Positions 28,036 through 41,405 of a DNA stretch of 64,000 nucleotides are shown here, one piece after another. The stretch's first letter is position 1. Each line of letters opens with the position of its first letter. The position numbers and the translations under genes were made by a program. The DNA comes from Octopus sinensis (Eukaryota), in the NCBI RefSeq assembly GCF_006345805.1, contig NC_043005.1, positions 55,676,001 through 55,740,000 on the forward strand. Direction: 5' to 3'. Below the pieces are notes generated by a model. That model did not search any database, had not been told where the DNA came from, and saw only the letters and a program-made list of their open reading frames with translations.

Positions 28036-31000
28036 TGCCCACAGGAACATATATAAAGGACAATAGACAGTCAGTCAAACACAGTTGCAACATTTCTGTC
28101 ACAACCTGGGACCTTGAAGACTGCTATAATGCATGAAAGTATACTAGTCCCCTAATATCCTATATTCAATATTTCATCTATTCAATAAGACAATCAATAC
28201 TTCATTTCATTTTACTATATTATATGTAATTATTTACTATCTATTCTATAGTCTACATTAATATTATAAAGAATATAAATAAACATAAAAAAACAGAGTT
28301 GAATTTCTTTGAATATACATATCCTCTATACACAATCATACAAACCCCTTTTTATTTATACACACACACACACACATTTATGAGATTATTTCTTTGGTAG
28401 CAACATAGCTTTCTTTAATGTTTGCAAATGCTTACATGACTTAAAACCAAGCTTTTAACTTTACTGCTCATCTTATGCTTAGATATTTAGGCTTAAAACA
28501 ATATCCAAATAAATTTCATATCAAGAGAAAGAATTGTTCTTGTTAAAATAAGGCATATCTTATTGTTATCACTCATCAATATCTGTTTTTTTAACATTTT
28601 TATGTTAATATTAAAGTTGTTTTTAATTTTTTCTTTTAATTAAAGTTTAATTTGAAATGAGTGCAGCTACGACAACCTAACCTCACTGAATTTCCTAAGT
28701 ACTTATTTACATTCCTATTTATTCATGACTTGTCCAAATCCCAGTCATTGATAATTAATCGATGTCCATCAACTTGAAACAAACAAAAATTTTAATAGGC
28801 AAAAATATGAAAGTAAAAACAATTCAATATCTAAATATAAAAGATTTTTTCTTCAAAAATATATAAACAGAATTAATAAAGAATAAATGAATATAGTGTA
28901 GACGCTCAGTAAACGTATCTTTTCCTAATTTTTTTAAAAATAGACCTACTATTGAATATTAGTTGAAGATTTTTTAGCTTTCTTTTGATTTTTATTTGCA
29001 AATATTCACAAAAAATACTTACTGGTGAGTTATAATTTTTTAATGATGAATATCAACTTATTATAAAAGTTTCATCATCCATCACAATCATCATCATCAT
29101 CATCATCATTTAATATCCATTTCCCATGCTGGCATGGTTTGATAGGTGAGACAGCCAGAGGGTTGCACCAGGGTTTGTTTGGCATGGTTTTCAATGGCTT
29201 AATGCTCTTCTTAAGACCAACCACTTAACGAAGTGGCATGGTTTCAATGGCTTAATGCTCTTCTTAAGACCAACCACTTGACGAAGTATACTGAAAAGTT
29301 TATACTTGAAAAAAATAAATTGAGTTTAGAATCAGACAACAAGCCAAACTTCAAAATTCCTGCAAAACCCAGTAAAGCCCAGATTTTCACTTTCTACATA
29401 ATTTGTTATTCTATTTGCTTTATACATTCAAAGAGTAGCTTCATATCTTACTAAGATATAGTAAATGCTTTACATCTGTAATAGCAACTCTTTTGTACAC
29501 TAAAAAGAAAAATACACTACCTATAACTTATATACCAGCAAGGAATTCTAGCATGCAGTCAGAAATAATGGGCAGGAAAAGTAAAAATTCAGAAATGTTG
29601 AAATTTTGTACCCCAAAACCTTCCCTCAAACCAAAGCCAACAGAAACATTACGCCTGAAGACTTAAAATAAAATACAGTTGTCATTCATTTGGACTTAAT
29701 TCTTCAAGGAGTGACGCCCCCACATGGCTGCGTCCTATGACTGAAACCAGTAAAAGATTAAAGACAAAAATATTAGGTGACATGTAGGTTATTTTCTTAT
29801 TTCTTAACTGCCTGCAAGGGGCAAACACAGCAGAGGGAACAAACAAGGACAGACAACGGTTAAGTCGATTATATCGACACCCAGATTTGTTAACTAGTAC
29901 CTTTTAATCGCCCTGAAAGGATTAAGTCAAAGTTGACCTCAGTGTGGAATGTTGAACTCAGAACGTAAAGGCAACGAAATACAACACCCAACGCTAAAAG
30001 CATTTCACCGACATGCTAACGTTTCTGCCAGATCGCCACCGCATTAGGTTATTTTTTGTCTCTGAGATCTCTTCCATCCAGACTCATGTTGAAGATTCTC
30101 ATACAATAGAACTAATTAAGATACAGCCTGAAAATCTAGCTAATGTCTTTCTACAAAAAAAAAAATAGTTTCCCTTCTGCTACAATACATATTTTTAAAA
30201 TCTGTATTCATGAATGAAACCTGTCAAAAGAAGTGGATGTCATCACCATTACTACTAACCATGTGATTAACTGGAAAACAAAAACTGCTGGTTGATATCT
30301 GTCAAATATAACAAACATTATGGACAACATTGACAACTCCATGATTAGCATAAAGCAGAGCCAGCAGCTGACATCTGTCAAGAAAAACAAACATCACTGA
30401 CAATACTATCAGCCTTGTGACTAGCTCTAAAGCAAAACCCGCTGATATCAGTCAATATGACTGTCATTGACAACACTACTAATCATGTGAGACAGATACA
30501 CATGACCCATCACATCACTAACCATATGACCAATTAAGATTTTAACCCTTTAGCATTCGTTACTGAGTCAAATGTACCACTAATTCATTCATGCTGTTTT
30601 AATTAATCATAACTTTGAGATTCTGATGATGTGGACTTGGGAGGGTACATGTAAGAGCCAGATCTAGCCAGTTTGAACATAAAAGAAATAGAATATTTGG
30701 TCCAGATCTGGTTGGTCTGAATCTAAGGTTCCCTTTCATCACTAAATTTTCATGGTGAGTCTCTCTGAACTAACATCAGTAACAGCATACTTCTGTGTTA
30801 AGTATTCAACATAAATCACATAATTGTTTAATCCATCAAGTGTTCTTAATTACATATATATATATATATATATATAATATATATATATATGCTGCCCACA
30901 GGAACATATATAAAGGACAATAGACAGTCAGTCAAACACAGTTGCAACATTTCTGTCACAACCTGGGACCTTGAAGACTGCTATAATGCATGAAAGTATA

Positions 31001-32984
31001 CTAGTCCCCTAATATCCTATATTCAATATTTCATCTATTCAATAAGACAATCAATACTTCATTTCATTTTACTATATATATATGTATTATTTATACTATC
31101 TATTCTATAGTCTACATTAATATTATAAAGAATATAAATAAAACATAAAAAAACAGAGTTAGAATTTCTTTGAATAATACATATCCCTCTATACACAATC
31201 ATACAAACCCCTTTTTATTTATACACACACACACACACATTTATGAGATTATTTCTTTGGTAGCAACATAGCTTTCTTTTAATGTTGCAAATGGCTTACA
31301 TGACTTAAAAGCCAAGCTTTTAACTTTACTGCTCATCTTATGCTTAGATATTTAGGCTTAAAACAATATCCAAATAAATTTCATATCAAGAGAAAGAATT
31401 GTTTCTTGTTAAAATAATGCAATATCTTATTGTTATCACTCATCAATATCTGTTTTTATACATTTTTATGTTAATATTAAAGTTGTTTTTAATTTTTTCT
31501 TTTTAATTAAAGTTTTAATTTGAAATGAGTGCAGCTACGACAACCTAACCTCACTGAATTTCCTAAAGTACTTATTTACATCTCCTATTTATTCATGACT
31601 TGTCCAAATCCCAGTCATTGATAATTAATCGATGTCCATCAACTTGAAACAAAACAAAAATTTTAATAGGCAAAAATATGAAAGTAAAAACAATTCAATA
31701 TCTAAAATATAAAAGATTTTTCTTCAAAAATATATAACAGAATTAATAAAGAATAAATGAATATAGTGTAGACGCTCAGTAAACGTATCTTTTTCCTAAT
31801 TTTTTTAAAAAATAGACCTACTATTGAATATTAGTTGAAGATTTTTTTAGCTTTCTTTTGATTTTTATTTGCAAATATTCACAAAAAATACTTACTGGTG
31901 AGTTATAATTTTTTAATGATGAAATATCAAATTATTATAAAAGTTTCATCATCATCACAATCATCATCATCATCATCATCATTTAATATCCATTTCCCAT
32001 GCTGGCATGGTTTGATAGGTGATGACAAGCCAGAGGGTTGCACCAGGGTTTGTTTTGGCATGGTTTCAATGGCTTAATGCTCTTCTTAAGACCAACCACT
32101 TAACGAAGTATACTGAAAAGTTTATACTTGAAAAAAATAAATTGAGTTTAGAATCAGACAACAAGCCAAACTTCAAAATTCCTGCAAAACCCAGTAAAGC
32201 CCAGATTTTCACTTTCTAAATTTTGTTATTCTATTTGCTTTAAATACATTCAAAGAGTAGCTTCATATCTTACTAAGATATAGTAAATGCTTTACATCTG
32301 AATAGCAACTCTTTTGTACACTAAAAAGAAAAATACACTACCTATAACTTATATACCAGCAAGGAATTCTAGCATGCAGTCAGAAATAATGGGCAGGAAA
32401 AGTAAAAATTCAGAAATGTTGAAATTTTGTACCCCAAAACCTTTCCCTCAAAACCAAACAAAAAAACATTGAAATGGTAAATGTGGTTTTCTCTCTTTGG
32501 ACTTAGATGTTAAGTTCCTTCCCTTCTTTCCTGAATTCCTGTTATATCATCTTCCCTGCACAAATTCAAAACATGAAAGGAATGCAAATGGGAGGCATAG
32601 CAACAAAGAGAGAAAAAGATGATTGAGAATTGTGAGGCATCATTTGAAATCGGTTCCATGTATGATCAGCAACATACAGATCCAGTTCATTAGGTTCAGG
32701 TGAGACTAGCATTGCTGGAGACTGATCAAAAAGTATTTCATACATAGAAGATTAGCATAAAATGTCAACCAGGCCAGAAAGTCCAGAAAACCCAGAAATG
32801 GAAGCAGAAACATGTACAGATATGACAGTCCAAGAAGAGGACATGACCTAACATTCAGTAGAAAATAATTCTAAAACATCTGGGCTTGATATTGGACATT
32901 GTCTCACAGATATTCAAGTTATAAAATATATAGAAGGCAATAGGATTCAGAAAGGATCCTTACTACACCTAAAAAGTTTCATTA

Positions 32985-33440
32985 ATTATTGTGGCTGCAT
33001 GTTAAGAAGCTTGCTTCTCAACCACTTGGTTCCAGGTTCAGTCCCACTGCATTGCACCTTGGTTAAGTGTCTTCTACTATAGCTACAGGCTGACCAAAGC
33101 CTCGTAAGTGAATTTGGTAGATGTAAACTGAAAGAAGCTTGTCGTATATATATATATATTATATATATATTTATGTATATTTATATACTTGTGCATGTGC
33201 ACGTAGACATGTGTGTGTGTGTGTTTGTCCCCCTGTCTTTCTTTGACAACTGATGCTGGTGTGTTTACATCCAGGTAACTTAGTGGTTCAGCAAAAGAGA
33301 CTGATGGAATAAGTGCTAAGCTTAAAAGAAAAATATAACCTGGGGTTAATTTGTTCGACTAAAACCTTTTAAGGTGGTGCTCCAGCATGGCTGCAGTCAA
33401 ATGACTGAAACAAGTAAAAGAATAAAAGAATGAATAAAAG
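32985..33440 (+). mobile_element. SINE family A, near full length
   Basis: Head, CORE-like segment, TA/TG tract and GACTGAAACAAGTAAAAG tail all present. Confidence 0.88.
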
Positions 33441-33644
33441 AATAAATGTTCAGTGTCTATTTTCTAGGTCAAAACACTAAATAGTGAAAGCATGACATGA
33501 TGCATGACATGAGTATGGAGGCAATTGTAAATTGATCCTAGGATGGATGTGATGTGATGTCTTGTAACAGGATCATAAATGAGACTGGGGAATGATGGGA
33601 AAAATACACAGATGAGAATAATTGGTGTGATAATTTATCGTGGT

Positions 33645-33955
33645 AAAAAAGACTTGCTTTCTGTGGCACATTCAAGCAAACTGTGGACATTTATAATAGG
33701 AACTCCTTGGCGATCATGAAACTCCTGGCCCATTACAATCCATTTCTTGCCAAATATGCAGCAAAAATTGGAGATTTACCAGAAAAAGTTGAATGCTTTT
33801 GAGCTCACTATGACCCAAACTGAATTCATCAGTAAACAATAATGAACCGAATCATGCTTTGGATTAAATAAAGAATAAAGACTGCAAAATATTATCCAAT
33901 TATGATAGATGCAACGCAGGATTTTGGCCACATGGAACAATATTCAACATCCATA
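33645..33955 (+). pseudogene. hAT-superfamily transposase remnant (ZMYM1-like/DUF4371 region)
   Basis: LAFCG..YNRNSLAIMKLLAHYNPFL..TQTEFI..IKTAKYYPIMIDATQDFGHMEQYS matches LAFRG..GNFL..LLA.YD..L / IQNELI / AKYFSI..D.T.D.SH.EQ. Confidence 0.8.
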
Positions 33956-33983
33956 TCACTAAAGGTGATATTTGAAGTTCAGG

Positions 33984-35105
33984 GAGCTCCTACCTCTGCT
34001 GGCAACTAAGGGCCTCTCGCTTAGGATGAAAGGTAGACTGTATGATGCATGTGTGTGAATTGGCCATGCTACATGGCAGTGAAACATGGGCCATGACTGC
34101 TGAGGACATGCGTAGGCTTGAAAGAAATGAAGCTAGTATGATGTGTAATGTCAGTGTGCACACATGACAGAGTGTGAGCACCCTGAGAGAAAAGTTGGAC
34201 ATAAGAAGTATTAAATATGGAGTACAAGAAAGACAACTGCATTGGTATGGTCATGTGTTATGTATGGAGGAGGACAGCTCTATGAGGAAGTGCCACACCC
34301 TAATTGTGGAAGGAACATGTGGAAGAGGTAGACCCAGGAAGACATGGGATGAGGTGGTTTAAGCATGCCCTTCAAATGTCGAGCCTCACAGAGCCAATGT
34401 CAGGTGACTAAGACCTTTGGAGATATGCTGTGATTGAGAAGACTCGGTAACTAAAGTGAGATTGCAGCCATGGCTGATGCCAGTGCTGCATGTCCAGACC
34501 ATTTAAAAGTACCCTTGAATCATCGGGCGATATGATATGCTTAAGAAGACCTGTTGGGTCAAGTGAAACCAAAATCGTAGCTGTAGCCAGTGCCTACTGA
34601 CTGGCTCCCATTCCAGTAGCACATAAAATGCATCATCCAAACATGGTCGATGCCAGTGCTCCCTAACTGGCTACATGCCAATGGCACATAAAAGGCACCA
34701 TCTGAATGTGGTCAATGCCAGTGCCACTTGACTGGCTCCCATACCAATGACATGTAAAAAGCACTATTCAAATGTGATCGATGCCAGGGCCGCCTGACTG
34801 GCTCCCATGCTGGTGGCATGTAAAAAGCACTATCCAAACATACCTGATGACAGTACCCCTGATTGGCTCTCATGCCGGTGGTTTGTAAAAAGCACTATCC
34901 AAACATGAACGATACCAGGACTGCCTGACTGGTTCCTGCGCCAGTGTCACATAAAAAGCACCTACTACACTCTCAGGGTGATTGGCATAAGGAAGGGCAT
35001 CTAGCTGTAGAAACACAGTCAGATCAGATTAGAGTCTTGTGCACCCTACTGGCTTTCCAGACCTCAGACTAACCATCCAACCCATGCTAGCATGGAAAAC
35101 TGATG
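33984..35105 (+). mobile_element. Older 5'-truncated copy of the RTE family seen at 56878-60253, with ~65-bp 3' UTR tandem array
   Basis: ELLPLLATKGLSLRMKGRLYDAC..LREKLDIRSIKYGVQERQLHWYGHV..GRGRPRKTWDEVV; repeat units marked by TAAAAAGCAC at 34500-34960. Confidence 0.92.
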
Positions 35106-35273
35106 ATATACATATACATATACACATATATATATGTATATATCGATGTATATATATATTATATATAGAGATGTATATAAATAAACACACACATATATAT
35201 ATATGTATCATAGAAGATGGATGTTAAACAAGATGAATATATTATACATACACATATATATATATGTATATAA

Positions 35274-35321
<48 letters not shown>

Positions 35322-35326
35322 TATTA

Positions 35327-35360
<34 letters not shown>

Positions 35361-35374
35361 CATATATATATACA

Positions 35375-35410
<36 letters not shown>

Positions 35411-35427
35411 TGTATGTATGTATTATG

Positions 35428-35493
<66 letters not shown>

Positions 35494-37273
35494 AGATAAA
35501 CAGATAGATAGATAGATCGATATGTATATATACACATACACACACACGTGATGGGGTCCCCAAAAATTTTGCACTGAACAACAGCAGCATGAAAGGAATA
35601 CCTTTCATTATTTCATGCTCTGGTTCAATATATTTGGAACACCCCCTTGCATATACACAAACAGCCACATACGTACATAATATATATATATATATACATG
35701 TTTATATGCATCCGTGCACATACAGCATTCAGGCATATGTGCATGAATATATGTTGATACACATGCGAGCATGTATGTATGTGCATGTATGTGTGTGTGT
35801 GTATGTGTGTGCGTGTGCATGTGCGTGCTTTGCTTGTCTAAGCAGGCATGTATAAGTACACATGTACGAAACATATATAGTGTAGTGGTCTAATAGGAAG
35901 ATTTAATAATAAAATACAGACCAAGGTTGTCTTTTATGCTATATAATTCAGTAACCAGAGAGAGAGAGAGACAGAGAGCGAGACAAAGAGAGAGAGAGAG
36001 AGAGAGAGAAAGAAAGAGAGGATGCTGTTTAAAGAGTTCCTTAAATCAGCAGCCAGTATAATTATATATATATAAAGCAGTTCAATGATCACACAAAATG
36101 TTAAAAATAGCTCATTCCTAAACATGTGGTTTCCCACAGTGCAATCTGATTTTTATTTGATTTTTGTTATTTTGATTTATCTTACGTTTTTTGTTTTGTG
36201 TTTTGTTTGTTTTTGTTTAGTTTTTTTTTTTCATTTTTTTTTTAGATTTTACATTTTTTTTTTTCTTTCACTTTAGAATCTTTGGGCAATTTAAATTACT
36301 TCTACTGCTGATGCGTGAGCTGTATTCCATCTGTACAATATGCTAATTTTCTTTTTCCAACGAGTGCAGTATCTTGAGGTATATAGTTCTTGTGCAAGAT
36401 ACAAAGTTTGACTTCAAAGAAGTGTCTTGTTTAAGACAGGCAACATAGCATCATGTTTATTATTTTTTTTTTGGCTTGTTTTTGCTTGCTTTTTTAAGTT
36501 GGGAGTAAACTTTATTTATTTATATATTTATTTATTTACTTATTTATTTATTTATTTTGGTAGATGGGCGGTGTAAATAGAGTCCTAGTTCTTGAGAAAA
36601 ATTGTTGGGTTTTCGCCAGGAGAAAATCTATTGTAAATAATATATCTATTAGTTTACCTATCTCAAAAGAAAATTGGTTTAGAGTTCATGAACTACATAT
36701 TTTTTTTAATAGAATTCCATTTCAGTTTTATTTTATATTATTTTATTTTTATCACTATTTCTTCTTTCTTTTTTTTTTTTTTTTCATTTTCATAAAATCT
36801 ATTTTGCCAGAAGGAAAATCTATTGTGACTGCTGAGCTATGTACATGAGTTTAACTAAAGGAAATTGGTTTAGTGCATGGACTGGAGTTGTTTATATTTT
36901 TAATTTTTATTTTCCTTCATTGGATGACAGCATTTATTTCTTAAGCACAATAAAACCAAGACAAGGTACAAGTCTCTACAGAAGTTACTCAACTTGATAG
37001 GCTAGATATAGCGGCCAAATCTCAAGCCGCATACTTTTTCATTAAAAGAAAAAGGCACAGAAGTGGCCGTGCGATAAGAAGTTTGTTTGCCAACCACATG
37101 GTTCTGGGTTCAGTCTCACTGCATGGCACCTTGGGCAAGTGTCTTCTACTATAACCTAAGGCTGACCAAAGCACAGTTACTGAATTGCACAGTGGCTTTA
37201 CTCTGCATGCTTTAGCTTCGTTATTATGGCAACAGTCCAGATACTTATTGATTAAATTGTATATATATATATA

Positions 37274-37305
<32 letters not shown>

Positions 37306-37329
37306 AGACATGTTGGGGCAAGCGAAATT

Positions 37330-37695
37330 CGAAATCGAATTGAACCAGCCAGGATCCCTGGTCTGGTGGTACGTAAAAAAGCACTATCCGACTTGTGGCC
37401 GATGCCAGCACCGCCTCGTCTGGCTTCCGTGCCGGTGGACATAAAATGCATGCACAATCCGATTCCGACCGTGGCCGTTGCCAGCCTCGCCTGGCACCTG
37501 TGCAGGTGACACGTAAAAAGCACCCACTACACTCACGGAGTGGTTGGCGTTAGGAAGGGCATCCAGCTGTAGAAACACTGCCAGATAAGACTGGAGCCTG
37601 GTGCAGCCTTCTGGCTTCCCAGATCCCGGTCGAACTGTCCAAACCCATGCTAGCATGGAGAACGGACGTTAAACGATGATGATGATGATGATGAA
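37330..37695 (+). mobile_element. Family C (RTE 3' end) copy with (GAT)n tail
   Basis: AAAAAGCACCCACTACACTC..GCTAGCATGGAGAACGGACGTTAAACGATGATGATG followed by (TA)n. Confidence 0.88.
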
Positions 37696-37804
37696 TGATA
37701 TATATATATATATATAATATATAAATTGAATAAGGGTAGAAATTGATATTAATCAATTAAACCAGTGGCCTAGCATATTAAAAAAATCCGAAGATTAAAA
37801 TATT

Positions 37805-37975
37805 TTTTACATACAAAATTTAAAGGACTGACCACTGAAAGTGGACAGTCAATATGCTAGATATAGACATCAAAATCGCTATTTTTTTCGTGGAAAAATA
37901 GCGATTTTGACGTCTATATCTAGCATATTGACTGTCCACTTTTAGTGGTCAGTCCTTTAAATTTTGTATGTAAAA
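37805..37975. repeat. Near-perfect ~170-bp palindrome
   Basis: Arms of about 82 bp with two mismatches by eye and a loop of a few nucleotides. Confidence 0.93.
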
Positions 37976-38001
37976 TATATATATATATATATATATATAT
38001 A

Positions 38002-38606
38002 CAGTGATCCCTCATTTATCATGGTAGATTGGTTCTGAGACCGGCCGCGATAACTGAATTTCCGCGAAGTAGGGACACCATATTTACAAAATTGCACAGA
38101 ACGAACCATATCATCGTCCCATTCCTGTGACCCCTCTTTCAATTCTTTAGCCAGGTTGCAGAGCTTGGCCAGCCATTCCAAAGTCAAGCCAGTTTGGTCG
38201 ACAACTTCTTCCATTTCTTGCTGCGTTTCTTTTGTTTTGTTGTTGTTGTTTCTTGTTCTTCTTCTTCTTCTTCTTCTTCTTCTTTTTCTTCTTCTTCTTC
38301 TTCTTCTTCCTTGCTGGCTGACTTTGTCAAGTCTTCAAGGTCTGCGTTGGTTAGTGGCAGTCTAATAACATGTCGATGTCTCCCATGGTCATGTCTGCAA
38401 AGCCCGTCTTAAGTTCAAATACCCCTGTATATGCTTCTTTTGCTATTTTATGCTTGTTTTGTTGTTCTTAGACTAGGAAATAATATTTATTACTAATATT
38501 TTAGTGGATTTAATGAAAAATTTTAGGTGTTCATATATATATGTTTTAAAAATCGCGAAGTCATGAACCCATGACAGTTGAACCATGAAGTAGCGAGGGA
38601 TCACTG
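38002..38606 (-). mobile_element. Tigger/pogo internal-deletion derivative
   Basis: TA|CAGTGATCCCTC..GAGGGATCACTG|TA; minus strand encodes a Tigger-like C-terminus (GFADMTMGDID..PLTNADLEDL..poly-E..GLTLEWLAKLCNLAKELKEGSQEWDDDMVRS). Confidence 0.88.
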
Positions 38607-38745
38607 TATATATATATATATATAAACAAAATATAAGGGATGGCCATAATAGGACATCCGACTCACTAGAAAGAGCAGTTAAACTCCAAACCACTAATAG
38701 TTGTAATTCTGAAATGGAAAGAGAAATAAAAATGTTTACCCTCTC

Positions 38746-38828
38746 CTTTCTGGACTATGCATAGTTTCGGCAATCTTTAGTAAATAAAATAAATTTATTT
38801 ACAACTGGCATGCCTCTTCAGCAGAAAG
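38746..38828 (-). ncRNA. Type I hammerhead ribozyme fold with intact catalytic core
   Basis: CUUUCUG-CUGAAGA-GGCA..UGCC-GAA-ACUAUGCAUAGU-C-CAGAAAG: 7-bp stem I, 4-bp base of an extended stem II, palindromic stem III and a GUC cleavage triplet. Confidence 0.85.
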
Positions 38829-39570
38829 CCAAGGACTACCATATAGTCACGAGGCGATAAATAACGATGCCTCGAGTCTATATGCTATAACTTTTCAAAT
38901 GTCACTACACTCGCGCGGTTTTCTCAGCAGCAAATATAAACTGCTGATTTAATTTCAAAATTAGCCAAAAAAATCATTAATCAATAAATTATATAGTCTA
39001 TTGACTATTTTTTCTTTCTCACTTGACCGCTGGTAGTGGAGAATTTTTCTAGAATTTTTTGCTACCCTAAAATTTATTAATATATATATATATATAATAT
39101 ATGTCTGCTGAGATGATTCGAAAACACAATACCTAGTAACCTAATGGTATATCTTTTCTACCCCTCTGATGAGATTTTGCCTCAAATAATGACTTAATTA
39201 TTAGTATGGAGCTCAGTGGGAGAACGTTTATAAACAACATGTATAGAAATGAAATAAATTTTTTTTAATTTCAGAAAGTGATATCATAACCAAGTTAGCT
39301 AAAAGGTGCATATGGATCAATTTTAAGCATTAAAATGAAGATTACTATTATATGGAATCAATTTAATACCTCATCTTTACTTAATTAATTAATCATTAGA
39401 TGGTCTCTCTAAAGACCACTCAAACCACTGACATATGTTAAAATATTTAAGAAAAATTGTATTAACGTATCTTGTGTGTTGAAGTTCCATATTTTTGCAG
39501 CTGAAGATAGCACTGTATTTAAAATTGATGTATGATTGCATTGTTCAATTAAAAATATATATATATATAA

Positions 39571-39612
<42 letters not shown>

Positions 39613-39704
39613 GTATATATATATGTATATATATATAGTATGTATGTATATATTTATATATTACCATAATATCAGTGCCAAACAGTGTTTAGGCATAAGG
39701 AAAT

Positions 39705-40055
39705 TTTAGGTCAGTTAAAATATGTTTCTGACATATTTCATATGCTAAGAGGCAAATTCACTGCAGTTACCATGAAGGAAAAATATTTTTTCTCGTGGTA
39801 AAAAGGTGTAAAAACACCATATCTGCTCAGAGTCACAACCTATTGGACTCCCAAGCATCAATGTTTCTAGTTTCTAGCTTGATAATGGTAGAAGCATTGA
39901 TGACTGGGAATCTGATAGGTGGTGATTCTGAGCATATTTGATGTTTTTACACTTTTTTTTACCATAAGAGAGATTTTTTTTTCTCCAATGTAACTGGAGT
40001 GAATTTGTCTTTTAACATAAGAAATATGTCAAAAAAATATCTTAACTAACCTAAA
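39705..40055. mobile_element. ~350-bp fold-back (MITE-like)
   Basis: Imperfect inverted arms of about 165 bp (GACATATTTC..TTCACT.CAGTTAC..GGTAAAAA.GTGTAAAAACA..TGCTCAGA.TCAC.ACCTAT..CATCAATG.TTCTA). Confidence 0.8.
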
Positions 40056-40061
40056 GCTTGC

Positions 40062-40093
<32 letters not shown>

Positions 40094-40135
40094 TGGTCAT
40101 TAAACGGAAAGGACAATCATAATATATTTATTATG

Positions 40136-40203
<68 letters not shown>

Positions 40204-40204
<1 letters not shown>

Positions 40205-40680
40205 CTTATTATAAAAGGCAGATTTTATCTGCCTCCCTTTGGGAGTTATACAAATCTACAATATAAGATTTCTTCAATTACAATTTACCTAGCATTTTAA
40301 CAGTACAATGCATTGCTCATGCCAGGTCCAGTTTTTTAAAAATTTTAAACTCCAATTAAGCAAAATTTACAGAAAATCACATTCTGGTGTGTGTGTCAAA
40401 TGCTTTTCTTAGTCTGGTTTACACCACACGCAAAACGCACACACACAGTGGGCAACGAATAAATGAAAGTAAATAGCGACAGAGTGATTTGAGGAAGACT
40501 AAACTGAAAGTATTCTGTCTATGACGCTGATAGATACATGAGTAAAATGTATGGGAAGCTAAGAGCTAAGAGTGAGTGAAAATGTTCTTGGAAGAGAGTA
40601 AATAGCGAGAGAGTGATTTGACGAAGACTTTACATTAAATAACCGTAGTGGCTTGTGTTAGTATAAAGTAAACATACACT
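40204..40680 (+). mobile_element. Possible non-autonomous Helitron, 3' end unclear
   Basis: Starts A|TCTTATTATAAAAGGC after (TA)n, like Helitron 5' ends; internal direct repeat GTAAATAGCGA.AGAGTGATTTGA.GAAGACT; no clear CTAG end. Confidence 0.4.
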
Positions 40681-41074
40681 CATACATACATACATACTAC
40701 AATACATACATACATACATACATCATACACACACACACACACACACACAACACACATACAACACATCACATACATACACACACATACATACATACTACAT
40801 ATACATACATACATATACATACATACATACACACACACACATACACACACACCACAGTATTGAAGCTTGAAACATCAGATACATTTGCAACACATCTGTT
40901 GAAAATATTATTGTTCACACACATACATATATACATACAGACAGACAGAACAGATAGACACACACACACACATGATCCCATGCAGCCACAACTCAAGGCT
41001 AAAACATATAAAAGAATAACAGAATATAAATGTGTGCAAGTACAAGAAATATTAATGCAGTATATGGGGATTGG

Positions 41075-41387
41075 ACAATAAGCGTAAGCAGTGTCAATGG
41101 TGGTTCCAGAAATCCCGAGCCATAAACTACAGCCTAGAAGACGAGCCTCATCCTGAAAGATCTGTAGAACTCGACAAGGACATCCTGAAAACCCTGGTGG
41201 AACAAAATCTCATTGTAACTGTTGAGGAATAGCAGAGAAGCTTGGATTTGGTCATTCAACCATTCATTGAGACCTGTGTGCTATCGGAAAAGTCAGCAAA
41301 TTGGGTCAATGGGTTCCTCACGAACTTTCCGAGTCTAATTGCATGAAGAGAGTGAATGTATGCTTTTCTTTGCTTTCACATCTCACC
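41075..41387 (+). pseudogene. Mariner transposase fragment (HTH plus WVPHEL linker)
   Basis: YSLEDEPHPERSVELDKDILKTLVEQNLIVTVEE*AEKLGFGHSTIH*DLCAIGKVSKLGQWVPHELSE. Confidence 0.9.
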
Positions 41388-41405
41388 ACTACTGCGCTAT
41401 GTATA

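Larger units (their letters stand above)
26815..32460. repeat. ~2.85-kb direct tandem duplication (26815-29640 / 29656-32460)
   Basis: Identical ORFs at 27355 and 30208; colinear throughout; differences are mostly 1-2-bp indels. Confidence 0.95.

Noticed and set aside
35545-35655. Possible tiny mariner-type MITE
   Set aside because: The putative TIRs are too degenerate and the TA flanks are unclear.
39160-39215. CTGATGAG..CTCAAAT hammerhead-like string
   Set aside because: No GAAA, stem II reduced to one pair, and stem I does not form.
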